64,000 nucleotides of DNA from Paramoeba atlantica (lineage: Eukaryota > Protista > Discosea): contig CDRNVI010000049.1 of the NCBI GenBank assembly GCA_977017575.1, forward strand, positions 445,917 through 509,916. The letters run 5' to 3'. Position 1 is the first letter of the stretch; the number at the start of each line of letters is the position of its first letter. This document shows, one piece after another, positions 41,594 through 53,134 of this stretch. The notes beneath the pieces are model-generated. The model ran no database searches. It saw only the letters and a program-made list of their open reading frames with translations, and was not told where the DNA came from. A program made the translations under genes and the position numbers.

Positions 41594-42299
41594 TAATTTA
41601 TATTTATAAAAATTAATGAGAGGGGGAGTAGTGGGTTGGTGTCGTTGGGATCAATCAAAATAGAAGCATTTTTTGACCTGAAAATCAGAACAGAATCTCT
41701 TTGCAAGTTGAAGGTTGAGGTTCAAGTTGGGGGTTGATGAGGAGAGTGAGAGTGGGGTTGAGGGTTACACCCCCGCCAAAAAGTATTCTCCACAAAAATG
41801 ACCGACACAAAAAATAATGTATTTATTAGTATCGATCATTTTTTTGAGTTTTGACCAGGAACGCAGGAAATTGGGGCACGCAGGGAAGCCATTGAAAGAT
41901 CAGAAACTCGTCGTAAAGAAACACTTGGAATGTCGCGGACAGCTAAGGCAAGATTTGAGCAGGCTCGGAATGGTTCCTCTCTCACACTATTTTAGCGTTG
42001 GGTAATCAAAACAATTAAATTGCTAATTCCATGGTTTGATGTTTCCAAGAACTGACAGTGCTACACTTTTCCCTCGCACCACCAGTTATTTAGTTCTTGT
42101 GATAGTTACTTGGGTTCTTATGGTTCGACCTGTTTTTGTGCTTCAGTATACTTTACAGATCCGATATGATAAAGTGCAACTTTTTCGAGGCAAGTGGCAA
42201 CTCGTGGAAATCGACAAAAAGTATTGTATTTATTAGTATCGACCACGAATTTTTGGTCGATACTAATAAATTAAAATACTTTTTGGCGGGGGTGTAATG

Positions 42300-42368
42300 T
42301 GGCGTGGTGTGGAGGGGAAAGGTGGTGTGGAGGGGAAAGGTGGTGTGGACGGGAAAGGTGGTGTGGAA
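42300..42368. repeat. 18-bp tandem repeat (GGTGGTGTGGAGGGGAAA)
   Basis: About four imperfect units. Confidence 0.8.
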
Positions 42369-42428
42369 GATAGAGGGAGAAGATCGGGCAGTGATTGAAA
42401 TAATCTCTTTTCAATCGTCTCTCTGGGG

Positions 42429-42446
42429 TAAAGATACTGTTTCTGT
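42429..42446 (+). other. Degenerate SL-exon relic
   Basis: TAAAGATACTGTTTCTGT is 17/18 identical to the SL-like core at 16680 and 54959. Confidence 0.45.
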
Positions 42447-42684
42447 GTAACGGTATATCGGGTAAAATATTAAGAGCTCTCCAATGTGCTGTTACTTTCC
42501 AAAATTGAACAAGTTATACAAAATTTGGACTTCCCGACTCCGAAGGAGCCCACCCACGTATAAGCCCCCGTAAAGGTAGAAAGCATCAAACACAATCGGT
42601 ATACAAAATGTGAAAAAATGGTTTTTTTTGACTGTAACTAATCTTTAACCAAATAAGGAAGTGCTGCCGAATCGTTGAAAGTCA

Positions 42685-44082
42685 TTACATGGCTCCTCCA
42701 AAAATGTTCAATACTTCCTTCTCTTTGAATGACGCCATGTCAGATCTAAATTTCGAATGGTGTATACTACATTTCTCCAAATTTCCGACCGCGTCAACCA
42801 GAAAACGGGGTGGCAGCATCACCTCGTACAGAGCGTCCAGGTCGATCTGCTCAAAATCCTGACAATAATTTAAGAAAGACAACACGTGGGCGCCTCGACA
42901 AGCATCCTCCACCGACTGAGCGTGGTAAATAAGTCTCTCCTCAATCCGCAGAATGTTCAGTTTTTTGAACTCCTGCACTATGTCAGCGGTTGCCACATGC
43001 GGATCGAACACGCGAATATGACACCCACTTTCAAGCAATCTCCGGCCAATATGTAACGCTGGACTATTCGTACATTCCCCGCTCCCGGGTTTAAACCCGA
43101 TTCCCAGGACCGCGACGACACGAGGTACTGGGACGTTCTCTCTTAAAATGGCCTCCGTTACACGTCGGCGCGTAAATTCGTTGATCTCCAGCACCCCGGT
43201 CCAGTACCTCGCGAGCTCCCGCAGGTGCAGATTCTCACACAGGTAGACCAGCATGCGCAGGTCCTTCTCCAGGCACGGACCACCGAACCCGAGGCCGGAA
43301 CGAAGATACTGGGACCCCAGCCGCGGGTCCAGGGCCAGGGACTGGGTTACCTCATCAATATCTGCCCCTGTGGTGGCGCAGAGGGTGCGGATGGTGTTCA
43401 TCGTGGACACGCGCTGGGCAAGCATCGCGTTGGCCGCGAGTTTCCCCAGCTCACTGGACCACTGGTTGGTGAGCAACACCCGGGATTTATCCACCCATCG
43501 GAGGTACAGCTCACGGAGCTGCTCCCCAGCGACTCCGGCTTTTTCACCTCCCGCAGTGCCGATTAAGACACGCGTGGGGTGGGTGAGATCACGGATGGCG
43601 GATCCGAGGGAGAGGAACTCTGGGTTGGCGATCACGCTACAGTCGAGTGTGGGGTTTTGCTCCTCGAGTAGGCGACGTAGGTGGTCGCAACATCCCACCG
43701 GTACGGTGCTTCGTAGGACAATCGTACACGTTGTAGTACACAAGGCTGCTATGTCCTTGACACATTGCGTTAAATTGGACCAACCATCGTCCTCGACAAA
43801 CGAGGTCGTTTTTAGGGGTGTATCGACACAGAGAAATATCAAGTCCGCCCCCTCTAAGGCCTTCGGCAGGCACGTAGTAAAGAACAGATTTCGTCCCCGA
43901 CAGGACTCAATTATATTACATAATTCTGGCTCATGGACGGGAAAAGATGAACTATTCCAGGCTTCGATTTTTGAATGATCCTTATCATAAATATATACAT
44001 CTATTTCAGGCCAGTAACTTGCAAGAACTGCCATTGTAGATCCCCCTACGTGACCGGCACCAAAGCAAGCTATTTGACGCAT
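42685..44082 (-). CDS. UGDH: UDP-glucose 6-dehydrogenase
   Basis: IACFGAGHVG Rossmann motif, IFLCVDTP, RSTVPVG, NPEFLSLG, SELGKLAANAMLAQRVS, GFGGPCLEKD and LGIGFKP. Confidence 0.97.
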   Translation of the reverse strand: MRQIACFGAGHVGGSTMAVLASYWPEIDVYIYDKDHSKIEAWNSSSFPVHEPELCNIIESCRGRNLFFTTCLPKALEGADLIFLCVDTPLKTTSFVEDDGWSNLTQCVKDIAALCTTTCTIVLRSTVPVGCCDHLRRLLEEQNPTLDCSVIANPEFLSLGSAIRDLTHPTRVLIGTAGGEKAGVAGEQLRELYLRWVDKSRVLLTNQWSSELGKLAANAMLAQRVSTMNTIRTLCATTGADIDEVTQSLALDPRLGSQYLRSGLGFGGPCLEKDLRMLVYLCENLHLRELARYWTGVLEINEFTRRRVTEAILRENVPVPRVVAVLGIGFKPGSGECTNSPALHIGRRLLESGCHIRVFDPHVATADIVQEFKKLNILRIEERLIYHAQSVEDACRGAHVLSFLNYCQDFEQIDLDALYEVMLPPRFLVDAVGNLEKCSIHHSKFRSDMASFKEKEVLNIFGGAM

Positions 44083-45185
44083 ACTATACGGTGTAAAGAG
44101 CAGGAAAGAAGAGCATTACACAAAACATATTATCAGTTGTAAAGAAGTTTTTTTTGAGCGCGCAATAGTAAATAGCGGGGACAGTAACTCAAAGGTGAAA
44201 AGCATTTCGTGCATTGATACAATTAATTACAGTGCTCGTAAAAATTCGTGTCGTAAAATATCGAGTGGTAAAAATTAGTGCATTTTGTGTCACTTTTTTA
44301 ATAAATCACCATCCGGGTTATTATACCTAGGGACACCTATTGTACCTCCTAGGTATAATAAGTGTCCCTAGGGTCCTTGTTATACCCCCCCTACCGCATC
44401 AGAGGCAGGTGCAGAACTTACAGGAGCGTAAATTTGGACGTGGGAGGGGTCTAAAATTTGTAAAATTTGGCCCATTTTGGAAAGTTATAGCGCATTCGAG
44501 AGCTCTCAAACAGGGTTCATGAACGTGCAGGCACAGAATCTGCGTTATTTGATGCATTCTGCGTTATTTTCGAATGCACATAGAACAGCGTCTTTTGGAA
44601 GACAAAATCTTGCATTTTTCTCAATTTTTCTGATTTCCCCCCTGATTTATGCCACAAAGACGGGATTACGGACGATCACCCTAACATAAACACTCCGAAA
44701 GGGTTAATTCTTCGCCTGGACACGTAAAAGCATGCTGGTGCATGCTCTTTGTTGTCGACTACTAAGTAACACAATCTTTTCCCCTCACTACGCGTAAATT
44801 TCAATGTTGCGTTTGATGAGGAAAACTTACCAAGAAATCAGATTGACATTGTCAAGAGTTTTGACCAGTTGGGGTATAGTAACCACGAAAATACTGTCAC
44901 TCCCCCCTTTATACTTCCGCCGGTTGTATTCGTGGCATTTCATGTTATTTTACCCCTGAAGCCCCAGAAAATAATCTTCCCCCCACACTCGCGCACGTTT
45001 CCGCAGGCGCCAGAGGAAAACTTGTAAATGGATCATAACATGTTGTGGGCAATACGAAAAAGAACGCGCCGCGAAGCGGCGCGAAATTTTTGTTGTCGTT
45101 TTTGCAAAGCAATGTTATTATATCTAGGGACACTTATTATACCTCCTAAACGGGGGTACGACTTAATGTACCGGGTACCTTTTTA

Positions 45186-45614
45186 GAGGGCTGAAACCAG
45201 TAAAATGCAAACCCAGGCAAACCTAGGCAAACCCAGTCAGGTCCCAAGAGAAACCAATGGCAATGGTACTTGGAGTTTTTTCGGCTATATGTAACTTTTC
45301 AGATTAATATGTAACTTTGCAGAATCATAACCCCCCCCAATGAAAAGTGACCCACCCCTCAGTCACTCATGCTGCGCGCTTCGCGTTGAAAACTACCTTC
45401 GCATTTAACGAAAAGCCTAAAAAAGAAAAACCGCCAAAAGATCATGAATAATATATTTTTTTGGGTGAATCTAAGGAAAATAAGTTATTGCACGAAAAGA
45501 GCATTAAAGAATATACTGTGCTTTTCGCCAAGGAAGAAATTGAGTTGCCTAATACAATATTGAAAATTAGCAAACCCAGGCAAACCTAGGCAAACCCAGG
45601 TGGTTTCAGCCCTC
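45186..45614. mobile_element. MITE with GAGGGCTGAAACCA TIR and TTA TSD (PIF/Harbinger-like)
   Basis: Perfect 14-bp TIR, TTA on both flanks, GCAAACC(C/T)AG repeats in the same orientation at both ends. Confidence 0.85.
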
Positions 45615-45840
45615 TTATACAGGGGTGATCACCAATATCGGGACACCTCCCATTTTTGGGCCGTGCGTCCGTTTCACCTGATTTTTGTTGCAAAAGAGAG
45701 ATCTCGACGCGAATATGATCGGAACGACATTTTGCGCCGATTTAAACACACTTGTAAAAAATGGTATAAAAAAAATAGAAAGAATCTCCAAAAAATATGC
45801 AAATTTATGTAAAAATTGTGCAAAGCCCGTTAAAATTGTC

Positions 45841-46473
45841 GGGTAATGCCCACTTATATTGCACCCACTTTTCTATTTTTTGGGTCAAACTGTGCCACAG
45901 AGTTGAAGGGGACAGCACAACCTAAAAAGCAACTGGATCACACGCCCGGTCACACAACATAGGAACACAAGTACACAATCCTGCGGAAGGGACAAACGTT
46001 GGTTCTGAGAACGCGCCCCTACTCGCTTCAGTGTGCGGGGGCGCTAAAATATAATTCTGTCTCAGGGCTACACCCACAGTTGGGCTTTGCTCACAGACGT
46101 AGGCTACGCTCAAAGTTGGGCCTTACCTCCAGACAGGTAAACTAGGAGTCTTCTCTATATTTCCCACAGCCCTGACATGGGGCAGCATGGTCCAACATGG
46201 GACCTCCTAGCGGTCTTCCCCGCCACTGCCATGTGGCACTGACGCCATGCTTTCTTTTTGTGGCATTTTATCTGCCCGCAGGCATTTTATCTGTGCATGG
46301 GCATTTGACGTGTAAAGTGGCGAACTTTAAGCATACTGCAACATTTTTTTGACGTAAAGTAGGCGGAAGGAGGAAATGAGATAAAGTGTGTGAAGTTACT
46401 CTGCGCAAGAAAACATTTCAATGCATTCATATCATTATTTTGAAAGTGGGTGCAATATAAGTGGTCTGTACCC
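45841..46473. mobile_element. Merlin-type MITE containing an HDV-like ribozyme
   Basis: TIR GGGTA....CCACTTATATTGCACCCACTTT. Perfect 8-bp TSD AAATTGTC (45833-40, 46474-81). The empty site corresponds to about 7945 in the sister Tc1 copy. Confidence 0.88.
46179..46249 (+). ncRNA. HDV-like ribozyme fold, variant copy
   Basis: P1 GGGGCAG/CUUCCCC (one mismatch), P2 CAUGG/CCAUG, P3 ACC/GGU, L3 UCCUAGC, P4 UGCCA/UGGCA, J4/2 CUGAC. Confidence 0.65.
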
Positions 46474-47580
46474 AAATTGTCTATTAAAGGATACAAATCT
46501 CTTTTATTGCACCGGGTCATGAGCAAGCCCGTCATGCGGGATTGCTGCCCTCAAAGTCATCTGACTTAAACTTGATAGAAAACTTGTGGTCAATCATGGA
46601 TGACTACATTCATAGTTCTTTGCGTCCGAAAAATAGGCATGAATTGCGAGAGGTCATACCCAAGGCTATTGAATATCTCCTAACCGAAAGGCGAGATATC
46701 CTAGAGAAGGCTCTGAAGAGCCTCCCAAAACGGTTAGAAGAGTTACGAAAGTGTAACGGAGGGGTTATTTCATATTAAATAACTTTTTCAATGCTTTTTA
46801 AGGCATTTTTATCCACATTTTCAAATGTGCAAATTTAGAAAAAAATCGTTTTTGTCGTACACACCCTCCTTTTTAGGTGTGTTTCAATAGGCGCAAAATG
46901 TCGTTCCGATCATATTCGCGTCGAGATCTCTCTTTTGCAACAAAAATCAGGTGAAACGGACACATGGCACAAAAATGGCGGGTGTCCCGATATTGGTGAT
47001 CCCCCCTGTATACCGGGGGGGTATAATCGCTACCCAATATACCCCCCCCTGGGTACCGTGGAAAACACGGGGGTGGGGGGTATAAACGCTCAAAATAAAT
47101 AGAGCGTTTATACCCCCCACCCCCTTGTTTTCCACGGTGCCATCATGTATTGCCCCTTTTAACCTCTTTGGTTACCGCAAAAAAACAGGTCCTCTTTGGT
47201 TTACCGCAAAAAAACATTGGAGCTAATATACCCCCCACCACTCCGCATTATACCCCCCACCCGGTATAAACGGTGAGCGAATATACCCCCCCCTTAATAT
47301 ACAGGGTACGCTTTATTATACCCCCCCTGTACATTAAGTGGTACCCCCGTTTAGGTATAATAACCCGGACGGTGGTTTAGTTGAATATTCCCGGACATAA
47401 GAGCGACACTGTGGATAGAGGCCGTGGCTCAAACGACGGAAAATCCTCACAGTGAAAAAGAAATATCTCCTGAACAACGGAAATGGCTTTTTTAAAACTA
47501 TAAGGATCAATATAACCCGGGGAATGGTATATTACTTAATAACGCTATAATATTTAAATGACACTATATTAAATGATAAT

Positions 47581-47670
47581 ATATTATTTAAATTAACACT
47601 ATATTATTTAAATTAACACTATATTATTTAAATTAACACTATATTATTTAAATAACACTATACTATTTAA
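47581..47670. repeat. 20-bp AT-rich tandem repeat
   Basis: AATTAACACTATATTATTTA x~4. A related unit occurs at about 54970. Confidence 0.85.
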
Positions 47671-48198
47671 ATGGCAAAATTCTGCTCATTTTCCCACTAT
47701 GTCGGGCCTACTTGTCGAGACATTTCTTTAGAAATACCTAGAACTCTTTGGCAATAGCTAGACTAGTAGGCTAAAATTATCTTGACAAATTTTTACGTCA
47801 CTGCATGCTTACCATTAATTTCTTGGAACAATTTAAGGTGCACCTTCCTTAAAATTGCCTTTCGCTCTTTGTTAAAGCTTCTCTGGCGCTTTCTTCCTTT
47901 GAGGCTGCAATTGATGCGTGATTGATAAATCGACTCCTAAAACGTATAGTTTTAGGTAAAAAAACGCGCCTTTTCGACCACTCGAGACCCCCTTCTTTGG
48001 AAGCGATTTGCAAACCCCAATTTGCCACATATGCTTTTTTCAACTTGAGGTTTGGGATACGCAAGACCTTAGAGGAAGGAGGAGGCGCAATGCAAAAAGC
48101 AGAAGGCGAAGCCTTCTGACCTTTTGCCGCAGCGACGACGACTTCCTCGCGTGGAAAGCTGTAAGGAGTCCTAGGGAACATATTTTTTCCTATGTAAC

Positions 48199-48374
48199 CC
48201 AGGACAAAGTGGACAAGGGAGTACCAATAGTTTAGGTGCGGCAGTTTCCGCAGGAAAAACGGTATCTTCCTTATTGCATGAAGACAAGCGCCTAAAAAAG
48301 GTAGAGATTCCGTTTTTCCTGTGGAAACTGCCGCATCTAAACTATTGGTATCTCCCTCGTCCACTTTGCCCTGG
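48199..48374. repeat. Foldback inverted repeat, ~65-bp arms
   Basis: 48199-48262 is the near-perfect reverse complement of 48310-48374. Confidence 0.9.
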
Positions 48375-48942
48375 TTTTAGCAGCTTCGTTAAACGCGGAG
48401 GTAGTTTTCAACGCTAAGCGCGCAGCATGAGTGACTTCAAAGTTGAAAACAACCACTACGTTTAACTAAGCCACTCAATGTTAGAAATTTCCACCATGTT
48501 TACTGTACTTTTTAGACCAAAAAAATCAGTCATTTTTTTTCGAACATTTTTTTTTCAAAACGGCACTATAAGTGGGGGGGTACATACAAGTAGCGGGGTA
48601 CATAACCCCGCTCTGTCGCCAATCATGGATGGCTGAAGAGCTCATCATGGCGTTTCCTCTTTGCACCGCGACCCCTAGAGCCATAAGTGCGTGTTGGAGA
48701 AAACCTGCATGATCCTCCGTAAATCTCCCCCATCTGCGCAGGAACGACAAGGTCGTTAAAAAAATGAAAAAAATTCATACTGCGAGATGAAGCCATTTTT
48801 TCGTGCTGATTCACTTTTTGCTCTTCGGCCTTCTCAAGGGTGCTTCCTGGGAACTTCGCTTCCTTCTCCACATAAGAAGGAGCAAGAGGATTTACGACGG
48901 TGACATCTATCAAAGTCAGTTGGTCCCCTAGTTGAAAACATA

Positions 48943-50490
48943 CAGGGGTGCAAATCAGATGCTGGGGGGGGTCTAAAATTAGCAATGTTTGCGCAATTTT
49001 GGAAAATAATAGCGCATTCGAGAGCTCTCGCAGAGATCTATGTATTTGGATAGGCGGTTTCCCGGGGTGTAAGGGGGTGGTCAACTGAGGAGAAGCCCAA
49101 AAACGTCAAAATGCAAAAAATGAATGAAAATTTTTGTACGTTCAATAATTACAACTTTCCCCTTTTTTTTCTACTACTATGTCGAAACGCCGCGGCATGC
49201 TGTTTATAAAGTGTTTATGAGCACGTCATGACCATCTGTTTTAATGTAATCAACCGCCTTTTCAATAGAATACAAAAGTTCAGTCCTATTTTCTGGGTTT
49301 GTACCATCTTTAATAAAGGTGTCCATGATGTCCCAAATGTTTTCAATAGGGTTAAGATCTGGGGATTTTGGGGGAAGTCTAAAACAACGACTTGGTTTTC
49401 TCGAAAGGTTTTAAAGGTGCCATTGTGACAAGGAGCATTATCCATTGCAACTCTAGTACCGCTATGACGCTTCAAGAAACCCCCCCTTTTTGTCATAGCT
49501 GCTTTAAAAACATTTGAAGTAATCGTAACTTTCCCATTTCTGTCCCTGTCGGGAAAGACGTGATAAAAAACTCCATAAATAAGGCTTATCCCATCCAAAC
49601 GTTTATTCCATCCCCCCCAAACCATTTTTGCGCAGCTTTTAGGGGTGGCTTCGGGGGGTCACTCGCTCGGCAAATGTAAGAACGGCTTTCGCGCCCAAGT
49701 TGACAAGTGAACTTTTTTTCGTCACACCAAATAATGTGACGAAGCTGTGCGACGGACCACTTCTGCATTTTCAGTGCAAATGTTAGTCGCTTGGCCTTGT
49801 GAACTTCAGTTAAGAACAGGCCTTTAGAAAAAGATCGTTGGATCATCCCTTCGTCCTTCAAAAAATTTACTAGGGTCGGCCTGCTGCAGGAGAAACCCCT
49901 TTTCCTAACCTCACGAAGAATAAAACTCCACGAGGGACAACCTCGCGCACTTGTCGCGTTGGACGCGTCAATAATTTCACGGCATGCCTCAAGAAGCTCC
50001 GGCGTTGTCACTGCGTTCTCGAGGAGGCGTAGCACGTTCAACATCCCCGGTTTCCTCAAATCGCTTAACCCACAACTTAACAGTGCTGTCGTGGATGCCT
50101 TGTCTTTGGCAAGTGACACTGTAGGAGTTTGTATTCTCGTAATCTTTAACGAGAAGCATCCTGTGTGAATATTTTGTGTGCCCCGGGGGTTCATGTGATC
50201 TATCGGATAAGCTTTTACTGTTTTGCTTAGAGCGGGATCGCTTTTGCGGCATAATAGTGAGCTGAAAAACAAAAAAACACGGAAAAAACTGCAAAAATTG
50301 AAAAATCTGCAACTTTTAGGGGGGTAAAAAACCTTTAAAAAAAATATCTTTTTCAAATTTGTTTTCTTTTAACGTGGTAATGGCGCCAAAACATAGATCT
50401 CTGCGAGAGCTCTCGAATGCGCTATTATTTTCCAAAATTGCGCAAACATTGCTAATTTTAGACCCCCCCAGCATCTGATTTGCACCCCTG
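48943..50490 (-). mobile_element. Tc1-like transposon inserted in the RLE domain
   Basis: ~100-bp CAGGGG TIRs and TA TSD. Transposase from about 50253 to 49146 with frameshifts. Same family as 20026-21471. Confidence 0.93.
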
Positions 50491-52441
50491 TATGTCCGGT
50501 CCTCGGCCGTTGTTGATCCTTGAGGCGGCCTAAACCACCCATAAGAAGGGAAGCGCAGTTAATGATCGCTGAATCGACTTTGGCATTCGCTCTCTCCGTG
50601 ATCTCTGGATGATGACATCTGAGTATGTGATTCCACCGCGGCGCACCAGTGTCGCAGGACGGCCCAAGCGCATTGTTTGGAAAGAAGCGGAATCCTTGAC
50701 AGGAATTCTTCGAATTTTGGTACTTGGTTCAGAGTCCAATTAGTTTCACGAGTAGGTTCGCAAGCGACGTACGCATCCAACAATTTTTGACCAAAAAGGC
50801 TCTGTTGGACCCCCAAGGACTCCAAAAGTTGAAACTGGCACTGGTCTCGCGTGCTCACACAACACTTTGTGCGATTGATGAGCAAACCAAGGCGTCCGAA
50901 GCGCTCTTCGAGGATGACGTATGCCCGTTTTACGAGTGTAGGGGGGCCAAGGAACGCAACATCGTCAAGGTAAGCACACAAAATTATATCTGGACCAAGA
51001 TCTTCTACAGTTGAGCGCAGAGTTTCGTGTATCGCTAAAGAAAAAAGTAAGGGTCCCATGGGATCTCCCTGCTTGACTCCGCAAAAACTTTTCATTGGGA
51101 CATCGTTGAGCATAAGGCAGCTTGGGGTTCCGTAAGAGAACAGCGTAATACCCATCAGTTCCTCCAAATCGGGTGTTTTTCGCAGTCCCTCTATTATAAA
51201 TTTTCTCTGAAGTGAATTGAAAGCGTTTGTTATGTCCAAAGTTCCCAGTATGCTTTCCTTGTTACTTAGGAAAGATTGCCGAAGAGTCCAGATAATTCTT
51301 TCTCACCCATTCGGTGAGCCTGCACCGTGCTGAATATCGCCAAAAATAGCCGGAAGGGATGGCTGTACTCTACGGATGATGGTGATTCCAGCCAGCTTCA
51401 GAAACGCTTCTCCCATCGCAATGGGGCGACAGGCCGGGAGTTCTTCGGTAGGAGGAGATTTCTCCTCACGGATTAGCAAGAGTCGGGATGTTGCCAAAGC
51501 TTGTCGGAGATCTAGAAATAAATTGTTCTTCAGAATGCCTTCCAGGAGCCATTGTAACCATTCGGAGACTTCTGGGATGTCCAGGACTGGCAGAATCAGA
51601 TCACGGGTCCATCCCGAAGGACCGGGTGCGGCACCCCGTGCCATACGAAACACTCCGTCGCGGACCTCATTTTGGTTCAGCTTAATGTTTTTCGTGGGGC
51701 GAATAGCTGGGCTGGTAATAAAATACCCTTTTTTGTGGAGTTTTTCCGCAACCCGAAGTGTCCGGAGAGCAGTGTCCGGAGAGAGAGGAGGAGTGGGTGA
51801 TGCGTCCAGCGCTCGTGCTGTTCTACCTAGTGCTCCCGCTCTCGCCAAACGATCAGCTCTGACTGTGTTTGCTATTGGATTTTTCTTACACTTCTCTATT
51901 GGTTCGTAATACACATGTACGTCGGTTCAACCGAGGCGCTTCAATAACGTATTTCATGGGACATTGCTCTTTCACTCATGCGCTGTGGAGTAAGGAAAAG
52001 ATAACGCTTTACGGCCTCGAGCATTTTCCATACAATCTCAATTTTTCCGGCCTGGGTTCTTTCTTGGAAAGGTAGACATATTTTTCAACAGATCTCCTTC
52101 CATGGGGGTACCTGTGCATGGCGTACCGATCGCAGTGAAGGTCTGGGAAGAAGCTCACTCAGAGGGATCTGTTCTTTGGGTCCACTTGGCACCTGCAATT
52201 TGCTAACCTCTGTTGCTATTTGCTCAAGTACGGTGTTTGGCTCGGGGCTTCTCGAGAGGTTCTCGTCAATAGGAGGTTGATTTGATAAAGTTTTTGACTT
52301 TACAACAATGTTGACTTTGGAAGGCCGTTTGGGCACTCCGTCAACCTGAGTAGCGATTTGAGGGCCCTTCTGGATGTGATCAAGGTTCGGGGCCCCTCTA
52401 ACAATGGTCTTACTTCCCTTTGGTCGGCCTCGAGCCCGTTT

Positions 52442-52507
52442 TGGACCCGGGTTGGGTTCAATACCGGCGCGGACCAACAGAAGTGAGAGCTGTGCCTTCG
52501 AAAGTCT
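52442..52507 (-). other. 2A-like (StopGo) peptide motif
   Basis: RLSKAQLSLLLVRAGIEPNPGP, with G in place of the canonical D of D(V/I)ExNPGP. Confidence 0.6.
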
Positions 52508-52601
52508 GTTTTTCGAACCCATCTTCAGTGGCATGAGTGAAATCTTCTCCAAAGGGAGGTGTCGTAAGGGTACGTTGTTCACTTTTAAAGCAAGACATAC
52601 C

Positions 52602-52664
52602 TGCATTGGGGTTGCTTTCTATACCTCCCCGTATCAGAAATGTACGAACCTGGTCTTTGGACCA
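52602..52664 (-). other. Second, degenerate 2A-like motif
   Basis: WSKDQVRTFLIRGGIESNPNA aligns with the downstream motif but lacks GP. Confidence 0.45.
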
Positions 52665-53134
52665 GCCCGTTTCAGATGACAAAGTTTCCGGAGGTCTGAA
52701 ACACCACCACGAAACTCCTTGCGTATCACTAATCTGTTCCCATGCTTTTGACTGAGCAGGATCTATGCCTAAGAAATGGCATATCGCAACTTCTTCCTTC
52801 TTCCTTCTCCCTTCTTCCTTCTTCCTTCTTCCTTCGTGTATCACCTTTGTAGATTTTGACTGCTGTCCCGCCACCACTTGCGAATAAGGCAAACGCGGTG
52901 GAGGTAGAGTTTTCGCTTTTAGGTCCCTATTCACGAACCGAAGAATGGAAAAGGGGGATTTAACCTCGGGAGCATTAGGAGGGCGAATTTGGTGTTTCGA
53001 GGACCCGTTTTTCCCCTTAATGATTACGGGGTTTCCTACGCTGGGTCCTCTGTTATCAGTATTCCCATGCTTCTGAAGACCACGAATACGCTGGTCTCCC
53101 GGGGGAAGTTTCTGATAACTTTTTTCGGGTCAAA

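Larger units (their letters stand above)
45620..47008 (+). mobile_element. Tc1/mariner derivative with a nested 8-bp-TSD element
   Basis: Long CAGGGG TIRs and TA TSD. Transposase C-terminal remnant at 46542-46778. Confidence 0.88.
48590..53131 (-). mobile_element. CRE/SLACS-clade (RLE-type) non-LTR retrotransposon, degenerate, interrupted by Tc1
   Basis: RT motifs APGPSGWT, RPIAMGE, LDITNAFNS, GVKQGDPMGPLLF, AYLDD and MGGLG. After removing 48943-50490 the endonuclease reads RGPDICFQLGDQLTLIDVTVV...AEEQK...AVQRGNA. Confidence 0.9.

Noticed and set aside
47849-48364. 171-aa hypothetical CDS
   Set aside because: Its 5' half is the foldback inverted repeat and no domain is recognisable.
52995-53062. 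Hammerhead ribozyme (CTGATAA...stem...GAAAC)
   Set aside because: The core reads CUGAUAA rather than CUGANGA, and no stem III/NUH partner for GAAAC-ACC could be built.
53107-53119. SL target-site remnant at the CRE 5' end (AGTTTCTG)
   Set aside because: Only 8 nt match, it is in the wrong orientation, and it is explained by a local stem.
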